A stretch of 63,798 nucleotides of DNA, the filler included, from Octopus bimaculoides (lineage: Eukaryota), in the NCBI RefSeq assembly GCF_001194135.2. It is 5 parts of 5 records of this genome, joined end to end, with 100 filler letters (N's around TTAATTAATTAA, not from the genome) between each part and the next. Parts side by side here need not be neighbours in the genome. Positions count along the whole stretch, not along the records: positions 1 to 31,524 come from NC_068982.1; 4 more parts are not named here. One strand, 5' to 3'. Each line of letters begins with the position of its first letter. Positions within the stretch are counted from its first letter, which is position 1. The position numbers were made by a program, and so were the translations under genes. Of this stretch, positions 1 to 13,000 are shown in pieces. The notes under the pieces are model-generated. The model worked only from the letters and a program-made list of their open reading frames with translations, searched no databases and had not been told where the DNA came from.

Positions 1-300
1 CCAAAGCCTTGTAAGTGGATTTGGTAGATGGAAACTGAAAGAAGCCCGTCGTATATATGTATATATATATATGTTTGTGTGTATATGTGTTTGTGTGTCT
101 GTGTTTGTCCCCCCACCATCGCTTGACAACCAATGGTGGTGTGTTTACATCCCCGCAACTTAGCGGTTCAGCAAAACAGACTGATAGAATAAGTACTAGG
201 CTTACAAAGAATAAGTCCTGGGGTCGATTTGCTCGACTAAAGGCGGTGCTCCAGCATGGCCACAGTCAAATGACTGAAACAAGTAAAAGAGTAAAAAGAG
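1..300 (+). mobile_element. Octopus-type SINE body/3' part with internal (TA)/(TG) microsatellite
   Basis: Body motifs (gtggatttggtagatggaaactgaaagaagccc; aataagtact...ggggtcgatt; gctccagcatggccacag) recur in fragments at ~1150-1250, ~2890-3040, ~24290 and ~34130-34270. Confidence 0.7.
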
Positions 301-319
301 TATATATACACACATTTAA

Positions 320-450
320 ATGTATCATCATCATCGTTTAACGTCCGCTTTCCATGCTAGCATGGGTTGGACGATTTGACTGAGGACTGGTGCAACCGGA
401 TGGCTACACCAGGCTCCAATCTAATTTGGCAGAGTTTCTACAGCTGGAAG
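320..450 (-). mobile_element. SINE/LINE 3' tail fragment with (CAT)n tail
   Basis: catcatcatcatcgtttaacgtccgctttccatgc recurs at ~10705 and ~18297. Confidence 0.55.
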
Positions 451-1089
451 AGTGTAAGTTAAATCAATAACTACATCCACAAAAAGTTAAACCAATAACT
501 TCATCCTTAATTCAGCTCCACTTTCTATGTTGGAAGTGCTGTCAGGGTCAGATTGAGTTCCTGTTTGGAATTACTGCCTTCCTAAACAAATCAGAGTATT
601 ATGTCTTGCTCATACAATATCATTTTTGGCCTTGTTTTCTATAGCTGGAATCTTTTCTTCTTCTCAACAACATTAGATAATGTAATGAGTGCCTTTTATC
701 GTGGTATCAGAGGGTGTCTTGACAAAACTTAAGAGTTCTCTTGGTCCTATATTGTCTTTGTTCATTTGTCAGCCACTTTACAACATACTAAGTGCATTTT
801 ATCATAATTCCAGCACTAGTGAAGTTGTCATATCTATAAAGAATCCTTCATATCATAAGTACACATTAAATACACATTATGTAAACACACACACACGTGT
901 GACTAAGAAGCTTGTTTCCAAACCATGCGGTCTTGGGTTTAGTAATGGAAATTGTTTACTACTTCTAGGGATCTCCCCTGGCATATAAGGGAGTCTATTT
1001 TTTGTACATTCCTGGTGTTTAATGAACTTGTACATCTGCTACATGTAAAGACTACTTTCTCCCTTAGTCATCCAATGGCACCACTGCAC

Positions 1090-1131
<42 letters not shown>

Positions 1132-3569
1132 CATACATGTATTCACACACACATCTTTGTTTCTGTATGCCACACTTGACAACCAATGCTGGTTTGTTTA
1201 GGTCCCTGTAACTTAGCAGTTCATCAAAGGAGACTGATATGTACCAGGATTTGAAAAAAAAAAAATAAGACAGTGCCCATGTGAAAATTTTAAAGTTTAG
1301 TGAACATTTAAAATTTGGTGTATTGATGTAATTTTCCATGCTAATCCTCAGGAGGTAATTCACTTTTTAACAGAAAACCTTTTTTAAAAAGTTATAGAGG
1401 CTTAAAGTTTGATCATTTTTACCCAGTCAGAAAACAGGATTTGGAGGCTGTCATTTTGTGCATGACTGTCAACTGTAAACAAATAAAATATAGACAGAAT
1501 TATGCTTTGTGCACACCATATAACTCTTACTTTTTGGAATTTTTAGAAAATGTTTGAATTTCTATTCTACACACAGGAATTCATACAATTATGCAAAAAA
1601 ACCCCAAAAAAACAGGACAGTAACAGATGGGTAAGCAGCTTGGCTTGTTACTATGGAAACAAGCACCTATATGCATGTTGCTTTTGATTGGCTAAAATTA
1701 CCCAAAAATTGCAAACTTTAAAAGCTACATTATCTACAAAAATTATTTATTTTAATTGCGGCTGTCAAATACCAACTGATATATCTGTGTTTAGCAAATA
1801 TCACATCATGTTGATCTGGACCTTCAGCTGTAGAACTTCTTTCTTTCTTAATATCAGTATGTCATCAAAAATTTTGAAATATCACTTTCAAATGGTTTTT
1901 GTGTTAAATTCAATCTTATATCCTCATTTATATTTCACAAAGTAATTCATGTAGTTATTTATAACCTCATACAAATAGACTCACATCCTACCATGAACCT
2001 TCACATTGCATCAACAGCCCTTGAGTATAAAGTTCTCATTCTCTTGTTTCTACATCATCAAATTAATGTCCATGGCTTAAGCATGATCGTTGTAGTATGA
2101 TCCACAATTAAAATAATCTAATCCGATAATGGGCAACAAGGATGCTGATGTCTTTATTCCATGTCCATTGATGCTGCTTGTCAAGGCAGTTCAATGAGGA
2201 TGAACTTCAGTAAAGTGTTGACTTTCTATTGTAGAACATCTGCCTCACATTTCTTGGTTTTCCCCAACTGCCACCACAATCGAGATGTTTAAGTACGGAA
2301 TTTGCTTTGTCACAATTCAATCTTTAATAAAAGGTAGCTTCATGTTGCAAATCCCATAGACTTCAAGCAAAAGCCAAACAGTTTTAATATTTTTAAAATT
2401 TCAGAGTGGTATAACTGCTTTGTAGAATGAAATTTGTGATTATAGTCCTCAGTATTTTTCACTTAAGTTTAGAGCGACATGTGTGAACTTAGTCATTCCC
2501 TTCAGCTCTTGTGGAACACCATTTGAAAACTACTGATCTATGTAGATGCACAAGGGATTTAAAAAAAATATAATTTAAGGCTTTAGAAAATTCCTATTAA
2601 TGCTTCAATTCATAATTCTATTATACATAAGTATGATTTAATAAAACAAACAATAGGTTTCATGTTTAACTTTAAAAAATGTTTTTTAAATGTTCTATGC
2701 CAAGTGCACCAACAAATTTTTAAATTCTATGGAAAAAGCAGCAATAATATTTTTATTTGATCTCCATAAAATCAAACAGATTGAGAACCACTGCCTTGGA
2801 CTAATAAAAGTCACTGGTTGTTATACTTTTCAAGCATTATGGCTATCCATGGGTATAATTTGTAACTTATAAATTTTTATGAATCTTTTGTAGCAGTCAT
2901 AAGACTGTGACTACACTGGAGCACAGCTTTTAGTCAAATCAACCTCAATTTTTATGTTTTAAAATTCTGGTACTCTATAGGTCTCTTTTGCCAAACCACT
3001 AAGTTACAGGGACATAAACAAACCAACACAATTTATGATTCGAAAAATGGTTGGACAATCTTGTGTGATTTTCAGTCTTAACACAATACTGACAGCCTCA
3101 ATGATTCAGGTGTACAACAAGTGGTAACCATATACCTTCCAATGAATTTAGCACCAAGTCACCCTTGATCAGAATAAAGGCATTCTAGCTATGTCCAGTC
3201 CATTTTTTTTAAATCCTCCATGCACCGAAGACTAAATAAATCAATGTGTTGTTTGTTTCAAAGATGGTAGGTAAGTTGTCAAATTAAAAAACACTATTTT
3301 AATAGCTAAGGTACTATAAAGTACTAAATAAAAGTGAAAAGTAACAAAATAAAAAGCACCTAAACAACAAATTGCATAAGTGTAAAAAGAAAACAATTTA
3401 TATTAGAAATTTCAACTCTCAGCAGATTAAAATGAAATTAACACAATTATTTTTGCTCTGTATTTTCAAAAATTTACTAATTAATTCCTTTGATGTAGAA
3501 GCTACAGTTTTACATGATTTAAATCATCAATGGATCCAATTTTCATTAATAATATGCCAGGTAGTTTAT

Positions 3570-4750
3570 AATCATAACATTTTAAGCCCATATTTGAGGT
3601 TCAGAATTTCTTAGGTACACTCCTGTTGTTAAATACTATCCAGCTTCAGCATTTACATGTGGCAAAATGAGAGGTATGAAAGCTAACTTAGACAAATGTT
3701 CAACCCACAAACAAACTGTCTGATATCTGTGTCCATTGTTCATTAAAAATTTATTTTTGTTCATTCCAGAATCTTTGAATCTTCATTAAAATGCTTTACA
3801 AGGTCTATAAATTCCAGCTTTTATTGGTTCTGAGGCATTCTGTTACAGTCATATAAACTCATTGATTGTAAAAAGAAAAACAAATCTGGAAGACATCATT
3901 TAATTCATTCCAAAACTTTCACAAGTCTTATACATAGGCTTCTTATTGTATTTTCTTCTTGCTCAGTAACTTTACACTCTGACATTTCCTTCTCAAATTG
4001 ATAATCAAGTAATGGCTTCAGATCTAAATAATCCAGCACTGAATTATCATTTAACATTTTTCCTGGCATTATAATTATTGAACTGTGCGAATCATTGAGA
4101 TGCTGAAAATCATTCAATATTTCAATAGGGTCTTGTATTTATACTTCAAATCTTTTTTCTTTTTCTTTAACTATGAACATGATAAACAATTTGCTCTTAA
4201 CAGAGTAGGAAAACAGTCTTCTTGTTACAAAATTTTTCTGCCTGAATTTTGAACAGAAAATTCTGAAATAGATTCTGATTTCACTTTCAGGGAAAAGCAC
4301 TATCTTTAGCACTAAGTTATAAAAAAAAAAAAGAAAAACTATAATCACATGGGTGCAAAACTAAATTGACTGCTATTTCTAGCATGTCAAACAACTGTGT
4401 AGAGGTGCCTCTAATACCAATGGAAGCATTTTTTAGACTATCAACAATTTTTGTTTTACACAGCTTAGTCAACGTTTACTATCAAATGTCATATTTATTT
4501 ATTAAATTCATCTATTTTCTACAGTGTATCATCTCACTCTTAGTCAAATCACTTAGAAACAGATGATGAATAGAAATACTAAATCATTTAATATTTTACA
4601 AAAATAAAAGATATAAAAAAAAGTTAATAGTCTAAAAGATTTTTCCCCATCAGTATTCATTAGGTTATCTAAGTACACTTTTCTGACTGTGCTTAATTCA
4701 TAAAATTTCTGAAACATGACTGCAACAACTCCAATTCCCACAGTTTTACA
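3570..4750 (-). pseudogene. Decayed hAT-superfamily transposase relic
   Basis: Minus-strand frames give DPIEILNDF..DYLDLKPLLDYQFEKE, PLILPHVNAEAG* (hAT dimerisation LxLPxSNAxxER-like) and ILNLKYGL, broken by stops and frameshifts. Confidence 0.55.
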
Positions 4751-4807
4751 AATTAAGTTACACTTATGTTTAGTCCTCTTTAAAGACTAAATACACACAC
4801 ACATACA

Positions 4808-5000
4808 CGGTAATGTGGTTAAGATTTTTTGCAATGCAATCATATGGTCTCCAGTTCCACCCCACTACTTGGCAGTTTTGGCAAGTGTTTCTACTATAGC
4901 CTTCAACTGACTAATGCACTAAGAGTGAAATTTGAGAGAGAAAATGAGTGAAAGCTGCTGTGTACTTACATGCAAGTGTGTGTGTGTGTGTGTGGTGGGG
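4808..5000 (+). mobile_element. tRNA-derived SINE, decayed
   Basis: Head gtggttaag..caatcatatggt..agttcc, then ggcaagtgtttctactatagc as in other copies. Confidence 0.55.
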
Positions 5001-5321
5001 TAGTTCTTTCTGTGTATCTTTAAATTGATACCATTTTGGTAGTAGTGATATTATGTCTCATAAACAAAATTCCAGCAACTTAGCATAGAATAAAGAACCT
5101 TACTTGTTAAAAGATAAGGGTTAGCATCAGGAAGGGCATTTGGCTGCAAAATACTGCATCAACAAGTATTGTATAACCTATACCAGCTTGGAAAAAGTGA
5201 ATGTAAAAATGATGAAAAGTTTTCTGCAAACTGAAAACTTTTAACAAGTACTGTGAAAATATATATTCTAACTGAATGCTTTTATTGATGGCCACTCAAT
5301 AGTCAAATCACATTTTGATCA

Positions 5322-5361
<40 letters not shown>

Positions 5362-6753
5362 AAAAAAACCCACCAATCCACTTCTCAACTGCCAATAAAC
5401 ATTTGTTTTACAATGCACTGCTAGTAACAAACCCTGAAATTCTGATCTCAACCATGGCATTTTTACATGCAAACCACAGTACTATTAAAACTTAATATAT
5501 GTTAAGAGATCTGTTAAGTACATTGGGTTAAGTACAGTTAAGTACATTGGGTACTACTTTACCAGCTAAAGTATCTAGGATTACACTGTACGTTTAAAAG
5601 GCGTAAATAATATGGAGAGCACTGCACACAAAAGATTCTGAATAATTGAAGAGCATTTTGTAAGCTTCATGCAATCATGCTTTGAGTTGAAGCTAACTGC
5701 ACTAGAATGGTATCCTTTCAAGGCAGGAAGATATCATTTGCTTAATACCATAGAAATTTTGATAAGCTTCATTGCAACTTTAGTAATGGATGACAAAAAA
5801 TTTTTTTTAAAACATTTTAAAAAAAAAATTGATAAATTGATTAGCAATCCAAACATTCAGTAATTGTAAATATTTGAGAGAAAAGTGTTACATACAATTG
5901 GTATTAAAAGTGAATGAAAATTACAAATACAAGTTCCAGTGTTTATTCATAGAAAGCTTTCACAAGGAATACAAATATACTTTCAGTTCAATAATCTTGT
6001 TAGCTAGGAATGACAGAACGGGTCTCACCTGGATAGCAAGCCCAATGAGAAGGTATCATCAAAGAAACAGCTTAACCAAATTATCATTCAGAGGATCCAG
6101 TCACCAAATGGAGATTTTTGTCTGGATTATCTTTCCATTTTTTGAAATGGGATAGAAAAATATTTTCTTTTTCTTCCCTCCAACAAGCATAGAAGGAAAA
6201 GCCACAAAGGGTTGGATAGTCCCCTCCTTCAAGCATAATTTTATTTAAATGATGCAGAAAAAAAAACCCTGTGTGTGTATGATTTTATATATAAGTATAT
6301 ACATTTATATATATGTATATATACACACATACACAACACACAAATATATAAAAATTAAAAGGGGGAGGGAAAGAAAACATGGGAAGAAAAATATTGTCTC
6401 CCTTTGTTCAATGTATTTACAGTTTCTGGCACCAGATGGCCACAGTAGAAAACAAAAGTAGCAACTAACCTAAGAGAAAATGTTATGGGCTCAAAGTTAA
6501 AAGATAATTAAATTGAGAACTATAAAAGGCGATATTCTTTACCAGCACCATGCAGGGAACAGGGCTGCTTGCAATATCACAAAGTTGAAGGAGGGGGGAT
6601 TGGGGCAAAAAAGGAATACCTAAAATAATAATAAAAAAATAGAAAATTGTAATTATTGATAAATGTTTTACAAAAGCAGGAACGGGATGGTTGGGCAAAT
6701 GTTTTCATTTTATTTATTTATTTATATTATATCTATGGAAAATAACTTTTCCA

Positions 6754-6759
6754 TTTATT
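6754..6759 (-). promoter_or_regulatory. Candidate polyadenylation signal (AATAAA) of the myosin 3' UTR
   Basis: First AATAAA ~140 nt after the stop; further copies at 6709-6714 and beyond, so the site actually used is unknown. Confidence 0.35.
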
Positions 6760-6895
6760 GCTGGTTGTACAGATCGGGTGAAGGTTGTCATCAGGAAATT
6801 AAGACTGCAAGCTAAAGTTGGATAGACTATTCAGCCCTGTCCCAAAGTAGCCAGCACATTGGCCAAATTTATCAACAAACAGTATTCAAAGTCAA

Positions 6896-7001
6896 TCATT
6901 TTTCTGCTGTTTGTTCTAATTCTTCATCAGATTCTTCCTTCTCACCAGCTTCACTTGATCGCACAGTAGATATAATAGTTCGAGATGTTCGACCAGGAGG
7001 C
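6896..7001 (-). CDS. MYH10: NMII terminal coding exon, non-helical tailpiece [34 protein letters not shown]
   Basis: Acceptor tttcag at 7003-7002; phase matches previous exon (CG|G); TGA at 6898-6896. Confidence 0.88.
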
Positions 7002-10000
7002 CTGAAATATATATAAAAATAATCCCACAATAAATTGTCTACAAAACACTAAAGGGGAAAAATAAAATTAAAAAAATAAAAATGGATGCTTGAATGAACT
7101 TTTGTGATAAATTTTAAAATTTTGGCAACAGTTTCACTTACCGCAATTGCCTTCTGTTGCTAATTTCTCGAGACACAAGTTGGTTCTGCTCCATCTGTTC
7201 ATCAAGATCTCGTTGTAATTTACGTCGTTGAGTGTTCAACCGAGTGATCTCTTCTTCTGCTTCATCCAACTGTCTTTTTAATGCTTTTACACGAGCACTT
7301 GATTTATCCATCTATTAATGAGAGCATAAAAAGTAAATTATCAATGGCCTCTATTTCTGGTAATGCTTTGGTCTGTCAGTATAATTTTCAAGACAGTTAC
7401 ATCTGCTTCCAACTTCATTTTTATTTAGATTTATTCTTCTATATTTCTCCAGGCAAATATCTTTTTCACTCTTTGCTGATGCAATTTCTTTTTACAATTT
7501 AATGTCATTTCTACGTCTAAGCATTCCACATTAAAGTTGGTTTTATTAAACCACATAAAAATAAATGTTTCCACTGTGTCTACTGCCCTAACTCTTTATG
7601 TGTATTTAGTGCCAGAGTTTTGATTTAGATTTAGTAGTTTGCAATTAGACAATACAAGACTTCCATAAATATATTTTAAGAGAAAGAATCATGCTAACAC
7701 ATAAAATACAACCAGAGCTTATAGAAACAAATCAATGATCTGAGTTTCCAATTGCAGACATTCTTTTCATCACATTTCCATCTACAGTAGTTTCTACTCC
7801 ATTATTACAGTTTAAACATTAACAAAAAACAAAACAATGATACTGACCTGTTCTTTGTACTGATCAGCATGTCTTCTTTCTTCTTCAGCTTGAAGCATTA
7901 ATTCCTTGACTTTTTTGTCCAGTTTCCTGTTACTGCGGAGAGCACTGTTCTTCTCCCTGGTAAAAACAAAGCATAAAAACTTCTAGTAAGAAAAGACAAA
8001 AAAAACAAAAAAAACTCCAACACCTGAAGAATGTTCATTCTGAAGTGATAACTATTTAGTACTATACTGAAGTTGCATTCCTTTTATACAACCAGTATCT
8101 AAGTTACCCTTATACCTATTATCAAACTGTGTCAAACTGTACAGCTCATGTCAGCATGGAACATGGATGTTAAATGATGATGATGAAATACCTCTTACTT
8201 TTTATTTTCAATTGCTTTTTTTCTGGCCATACAGCCATAATTTTTAGTAACTTTTAATCAACATGCTTCTAGTAAAATTTATCAGCTTGTCATCTAAATA
8301 ATATTGATACTTAAATATTTAAAAAAAAATTATATTTGTGTTTATTTCACATAAAAAGTGTAGTTAAACATATTGATAAAACTAAGACTTTTTTCAAAAG
8401 TTATTTTCCCAATTTGTTGAGGCTCATAAAACCCTAAATGGAAACAAATTATTTATAGAAACAAACCAAAATAAATCATAATAATTTTATAATAATTACA
8501 ACTGCATGTTATATAGCGTTATTTATCATTTCTTTTATATGCCTTTTTTCTTGCAAACAGTAGCATTTTTGTGCTTGATCTTAGATAGTTATTGAATGGG
8601 CCAAGTAATGACTTGAATGAAAAGAACAATTCTTTTCACAGTAGTAATAATCCATTCTACTATAGGCACAAGCCTGAAATTTTGGCGGAGGGGGCTAGGT
8701 GATTACATCAACCCAATGCTCAACTGGTACTCATTTTATTGACCCTGAAAGGATGAAAAGGCAAAATCAACCTCGGCAGAATTTGAACTCGGAATGTAAA
8801 ACCAGAAGAAATGCCACTAAGCATCTTGTCTGGCATGCTAATTTCACAGTAGTTTTAGTGAAGTACCTATAGTAATAGATACCTTTGAACATTTATAAAC
8901 TTTGTATTCTGCTAGTGTTTAAATATTTTGTGCTTTTCTTAGTTATCTCAAATTATAATTTCTCTTTAATATAAAGAAATGAGAAGGTGACTGACAAAAA
9001 TTGGTTCTATATCAATTACTGTTTTGATGGTTGACCACAAGTGGCTAAAATGGAATTCCATAGAATTGCTGGAATAATTTTATTTGATAGGGCACACAGC
9101 TAGATCAAGAAGTTACTCTAAGTTGAGTCACTACTTGTGGTTAGAATGTTTGAAGAAAGAATTGTAAGTTACATTTTATGGACAAGGGCTACTAGCAGGA
9201 CATTTATGGGGAGAACCACATGTGAGATAGTTGGATAATATTCATAGCTTCAGTTGGTCATGCTTAGGGATTGAACTGGAACATTTACTGACAGTTACTT
9301 CTGATATAACCTTCTGGATATTGTGTCTGAGAAATCTTCCTCCAAAACCTTCAAAGGAATAGGGTGCAATGAAGACAAACAGATGAAACTACTGTCAAAT
9401 CGCTTTAGATTGAATCCTAAGTGAATGTAACGGGTGTAAAAGACTTAGATTAAATTTTCTATCCACAGTTAATCTGAAATAACATATCAAAGGCAGTGAG
9501 CTGGCAGAAACATTAACGCAACACGTGAAATGCTTAGCGGTATTTCGTCTGCTGTTACATTCTGAGTTCGAATTCTGTCAAAGCCGACTTTGCTGTTCAT
9601 CCTTTCAGGGTCGATTAAATAAGTACCAGTTACACACACTGGGGTCGATATAATCGACTTAATTCGTTTGTCTGTCCTTGTTTATCCCCTCTATGTGTAG
9701 CCCCTTGTGGGCAGTAAAGAAATAAGAAATAACATATCTGATACAGAAATAACAAGAGAGAGAGAAAGAGTAAAATATAAAGTTTTCTTTATGGTAACAT
9801 AAACTAAAGGGTGAGCAAAAATTCTTACTTGTTGTCTTGGTCCAATTGATCCTCAAGATTAGCAATTTTCCCTTCCAAAGCAGTAATCATAGCTCGCTGC
9901 TTCATTTTAGCTTGGTTTTCTAATTCTTGTACCTTAGTCTTAAGGTCTTTATTTTGACGTTCTAAAGCCATGCGTTGGTTATCCAAATGCTGTGAAGTTG

Positions 10001-13000
10001 ATTTTTCTGCATTCAGATCAGTAAGCATTTGTTCAAACTGTTTTGGAGAGAGGAGAGAAAATTCATGTAAGAATAGATGACAAATGTATAGTTATTATGC
10101 AGAGAAAAAAAGGGCCTTATGTATTCAGCTCAAATTCTTTAAAAAAATATAAAATCCCATTCAGTGTCAAGAATGCACGATAATGCATAAATTCTTATTT
10201 AACAGTAACAGAGTATTAAATAAGTTCAACATTTCAAAATGGTGAGCATTAATTAAACCACAAGGTTTCTTCTCTAAGATGCTCATAGTATAAATATTAA
10301 ATAATTTAATGCCAAACCCCACAAAGGAATAAACAGAGTGAATCTGACTTCAACAAACCTGAGCATTTAATTTCTTATTTTTATCAACAAGTATTTCACC
10401 GTTATTCTGTTCTTCATCAAGTTGATCTTCCAGTTCAGTAATCCTTAATTCAAGTCGTCTTTTCTCATCACTCAATGAAGACCTATAAATGGCAAAAGGA
10501 ATTTGTCATAACCATTAAAATAGAATTTTTAAAAAATTTGATGGAAAAGAATGAGCAGTATTTAATGAAGATGGTATTTGAAAATCCTTATTTGACATAC
10601 TAAGTAAAAAATTTGAGTTAATTTCAAAACTGACATTAATTTGTTTGTCTTTCTTACATAATCAGCATACCTGTGTCATTAATCTGATGGCAAGTATGCT
10701 TATCATTATCATCATCATTTAATGTCCACTTTCCATGCTTGATCAATCAGACAATTTGTCAAGGTAGATTTTTCTAAAACAGCATGCTTTCCCATCACCA
10801 ATCCTCACCTGTTTCCAAGTAAGGTAATATTTTCTCCATGGTGAGACATGTTTTTCATGGAAACTGGAAACGAACCACACTTGTACAACAATGATGCTCA
10901 TTTACATCCATCACAAAATGTCTAGACATAAGTACATTCAAAACATACACATATAATGAGCTTCTTTCTGTTTCTGTCTACCAAATCTAGTCACAAGGTC
11001 TTTTTTGGACCAGAGCTATAATAGAAGACACTAGCCCATGGTGCTGCACAGTGAGACTGAACCTGAAACCACAGGGTTGGGGAAAAGGTGTCTTAGCCAC
11101 ACAAGTACTTAGGTGTTAAATGTATTATTACTATCATTATTATTATTATATTATTATTATTATTATTATTATTTTGTACTCACTTGCTAACTGATCCACT
11201 TGCAATCTCTTCTTGGAGTTCATCACGTTCAGCTTCCGCATTCTTTCTTGCTCGCTCTGCAGTGGCAAGATCTTCTTGCAACACAACCAGTTCATCTTCC
11301 AAGGACTTGACTTTCTTTTTCATGTCCTTGAATGCTGCACTGGCATCATGTTGGGCAGCACGAGCCTCTTCAGCCTCCCGTTGGTACTCTTTCATTTGGG
11401 CATTAGCTTTTCTAGCTTGTTTCACAGCATCTTCTTTTTGTTTAGTAAGAGCAATTATCTGCTCAGTCAGCTGAGCAAGATCTTGTTCCAGTTTTTTCCT
11501 ACTTTGAATAGATGTTGTCTTTTGGTTTCTTGCATCTTCAATTTCAGCTTCTAATTCTTTCAACTACACAGAATGAAAAATTAAAAGTCTCAAATACTAC
11601 AAAATTAATGGAGAATAACATATGGAAGATACGCTCATTTGCATACGGGTTTCAATGGTGGTTCAATACAGGAACAAAAGTTTCAAAGATTTTAATGATT
11701 CTAATTTCTTAATAAAATAAACACAAGAAATTTTATTCACCTATGATGCTTAATTAAAAAATTTTAATATAAATATATTCTTTAAAATTTGTAAATAATA
11801 AATATTTCATATAACAAAATTGCCTCCATATTTAACCCTTTAGCATTTAAATCACTTATATCCAGCTATTCTATCTGTTTTATGTTCAAACTGGCCAGAA
11901 TCCAGCCTCTCACATCTACCTTGTCATGTCATTCTAAAAAATAAACAATCACAGAAATCTAGAAGTTACAACATAATGTAAGATTAATTCAAAACAACAA
12001 GAAGTAAAAAAAGAATTAAATTTGGCAAGCGTAATGTCTGAATGTTAAAGGGTTAAATATTTATGTTTGCAAGATACATTGAAGCAAGTGCTTATACTGC
12101 TAGAAATTCCATTATATTTGATGGATGAAGGTAAAATTTGATTCAAAGAGCTTCAAGTCAGTGCAATAGTTTAGCAACAAGATCTTGTGCTACAATAATA
12201 GTAAAAGTACATCTGATTACTGAAACAAGAACTCACCTGTCTTTGAAGTCCCCTCTTAATCTCATCAGCATTTTCATCACGCCCACTTAATTCTTTCTGC
12301 AATTTCGCTATCTCAGCTTGCATCGTTACTTCTGCTCTGAGTTTGCAGTCTTCCATGGTCTGTAGGTCATCCTCAAGTTCTTCTATTTGAGCAAGCTGTT
12401 CAGAGACCTGAATCTCCAGTTGTTTCTTTAGACGTTCCAAATCAAGAACCTTCATATACAAACAAAAGTAAAAATCTCATTGGCATGGAGCTGAGAATAA
12501 GTGTATATAGATAGATATACAAATATATATGTATGTATGTAACCACATAACCAGATATATACGTAGCATAGCAATGTTAAGAAGTTCACCTTGCAACTGC
12601 ATGGTTTTGAGTTCAACCCATTGTGCTACACAAGTGTCTCCCATTATAGCTTCACACACACACACACGTGCTTGCTTGTCTTTGCATTGACACTGCTGAA
12701 GCAGCAGTGATGCTGCTTATGTCCCCATAATTAAAATATCCAGCAGTGTTGGACATAAATAAACACTGAATAAAGGACCTTACTTGAAAACAAATAAAGG
12801 TTGGTGTCAAGGAAGACATCCAGCTACAATATACTGCCTTAAGAAATCTTATCTGACCCCTACCAGCATGGAAAAAAACAGATTAAAAGAAATACAGTGA
12901 GACTTTCACCAGTTTATTGTATCAGTATGGTTGAGTAAATTATAAAGCTTTGAACCCATACGTGGCTATGCGGTAAGAAGTTTGCTTCTCAACCACATGG

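Noticed and set aside
3905-4117. 70-aa ORF as an exon of a downstream gene
   Set aside because: Flanking frames continue with hAT-like motifs broken by stops; better explained as a transposase relic.
11184-11554. Plus-strand ORFs antisense to myosin exons (also 13434-13658, 25562-25867, 26138-26359)
   Set aside because: Shadow frames of coiled-coil exons.
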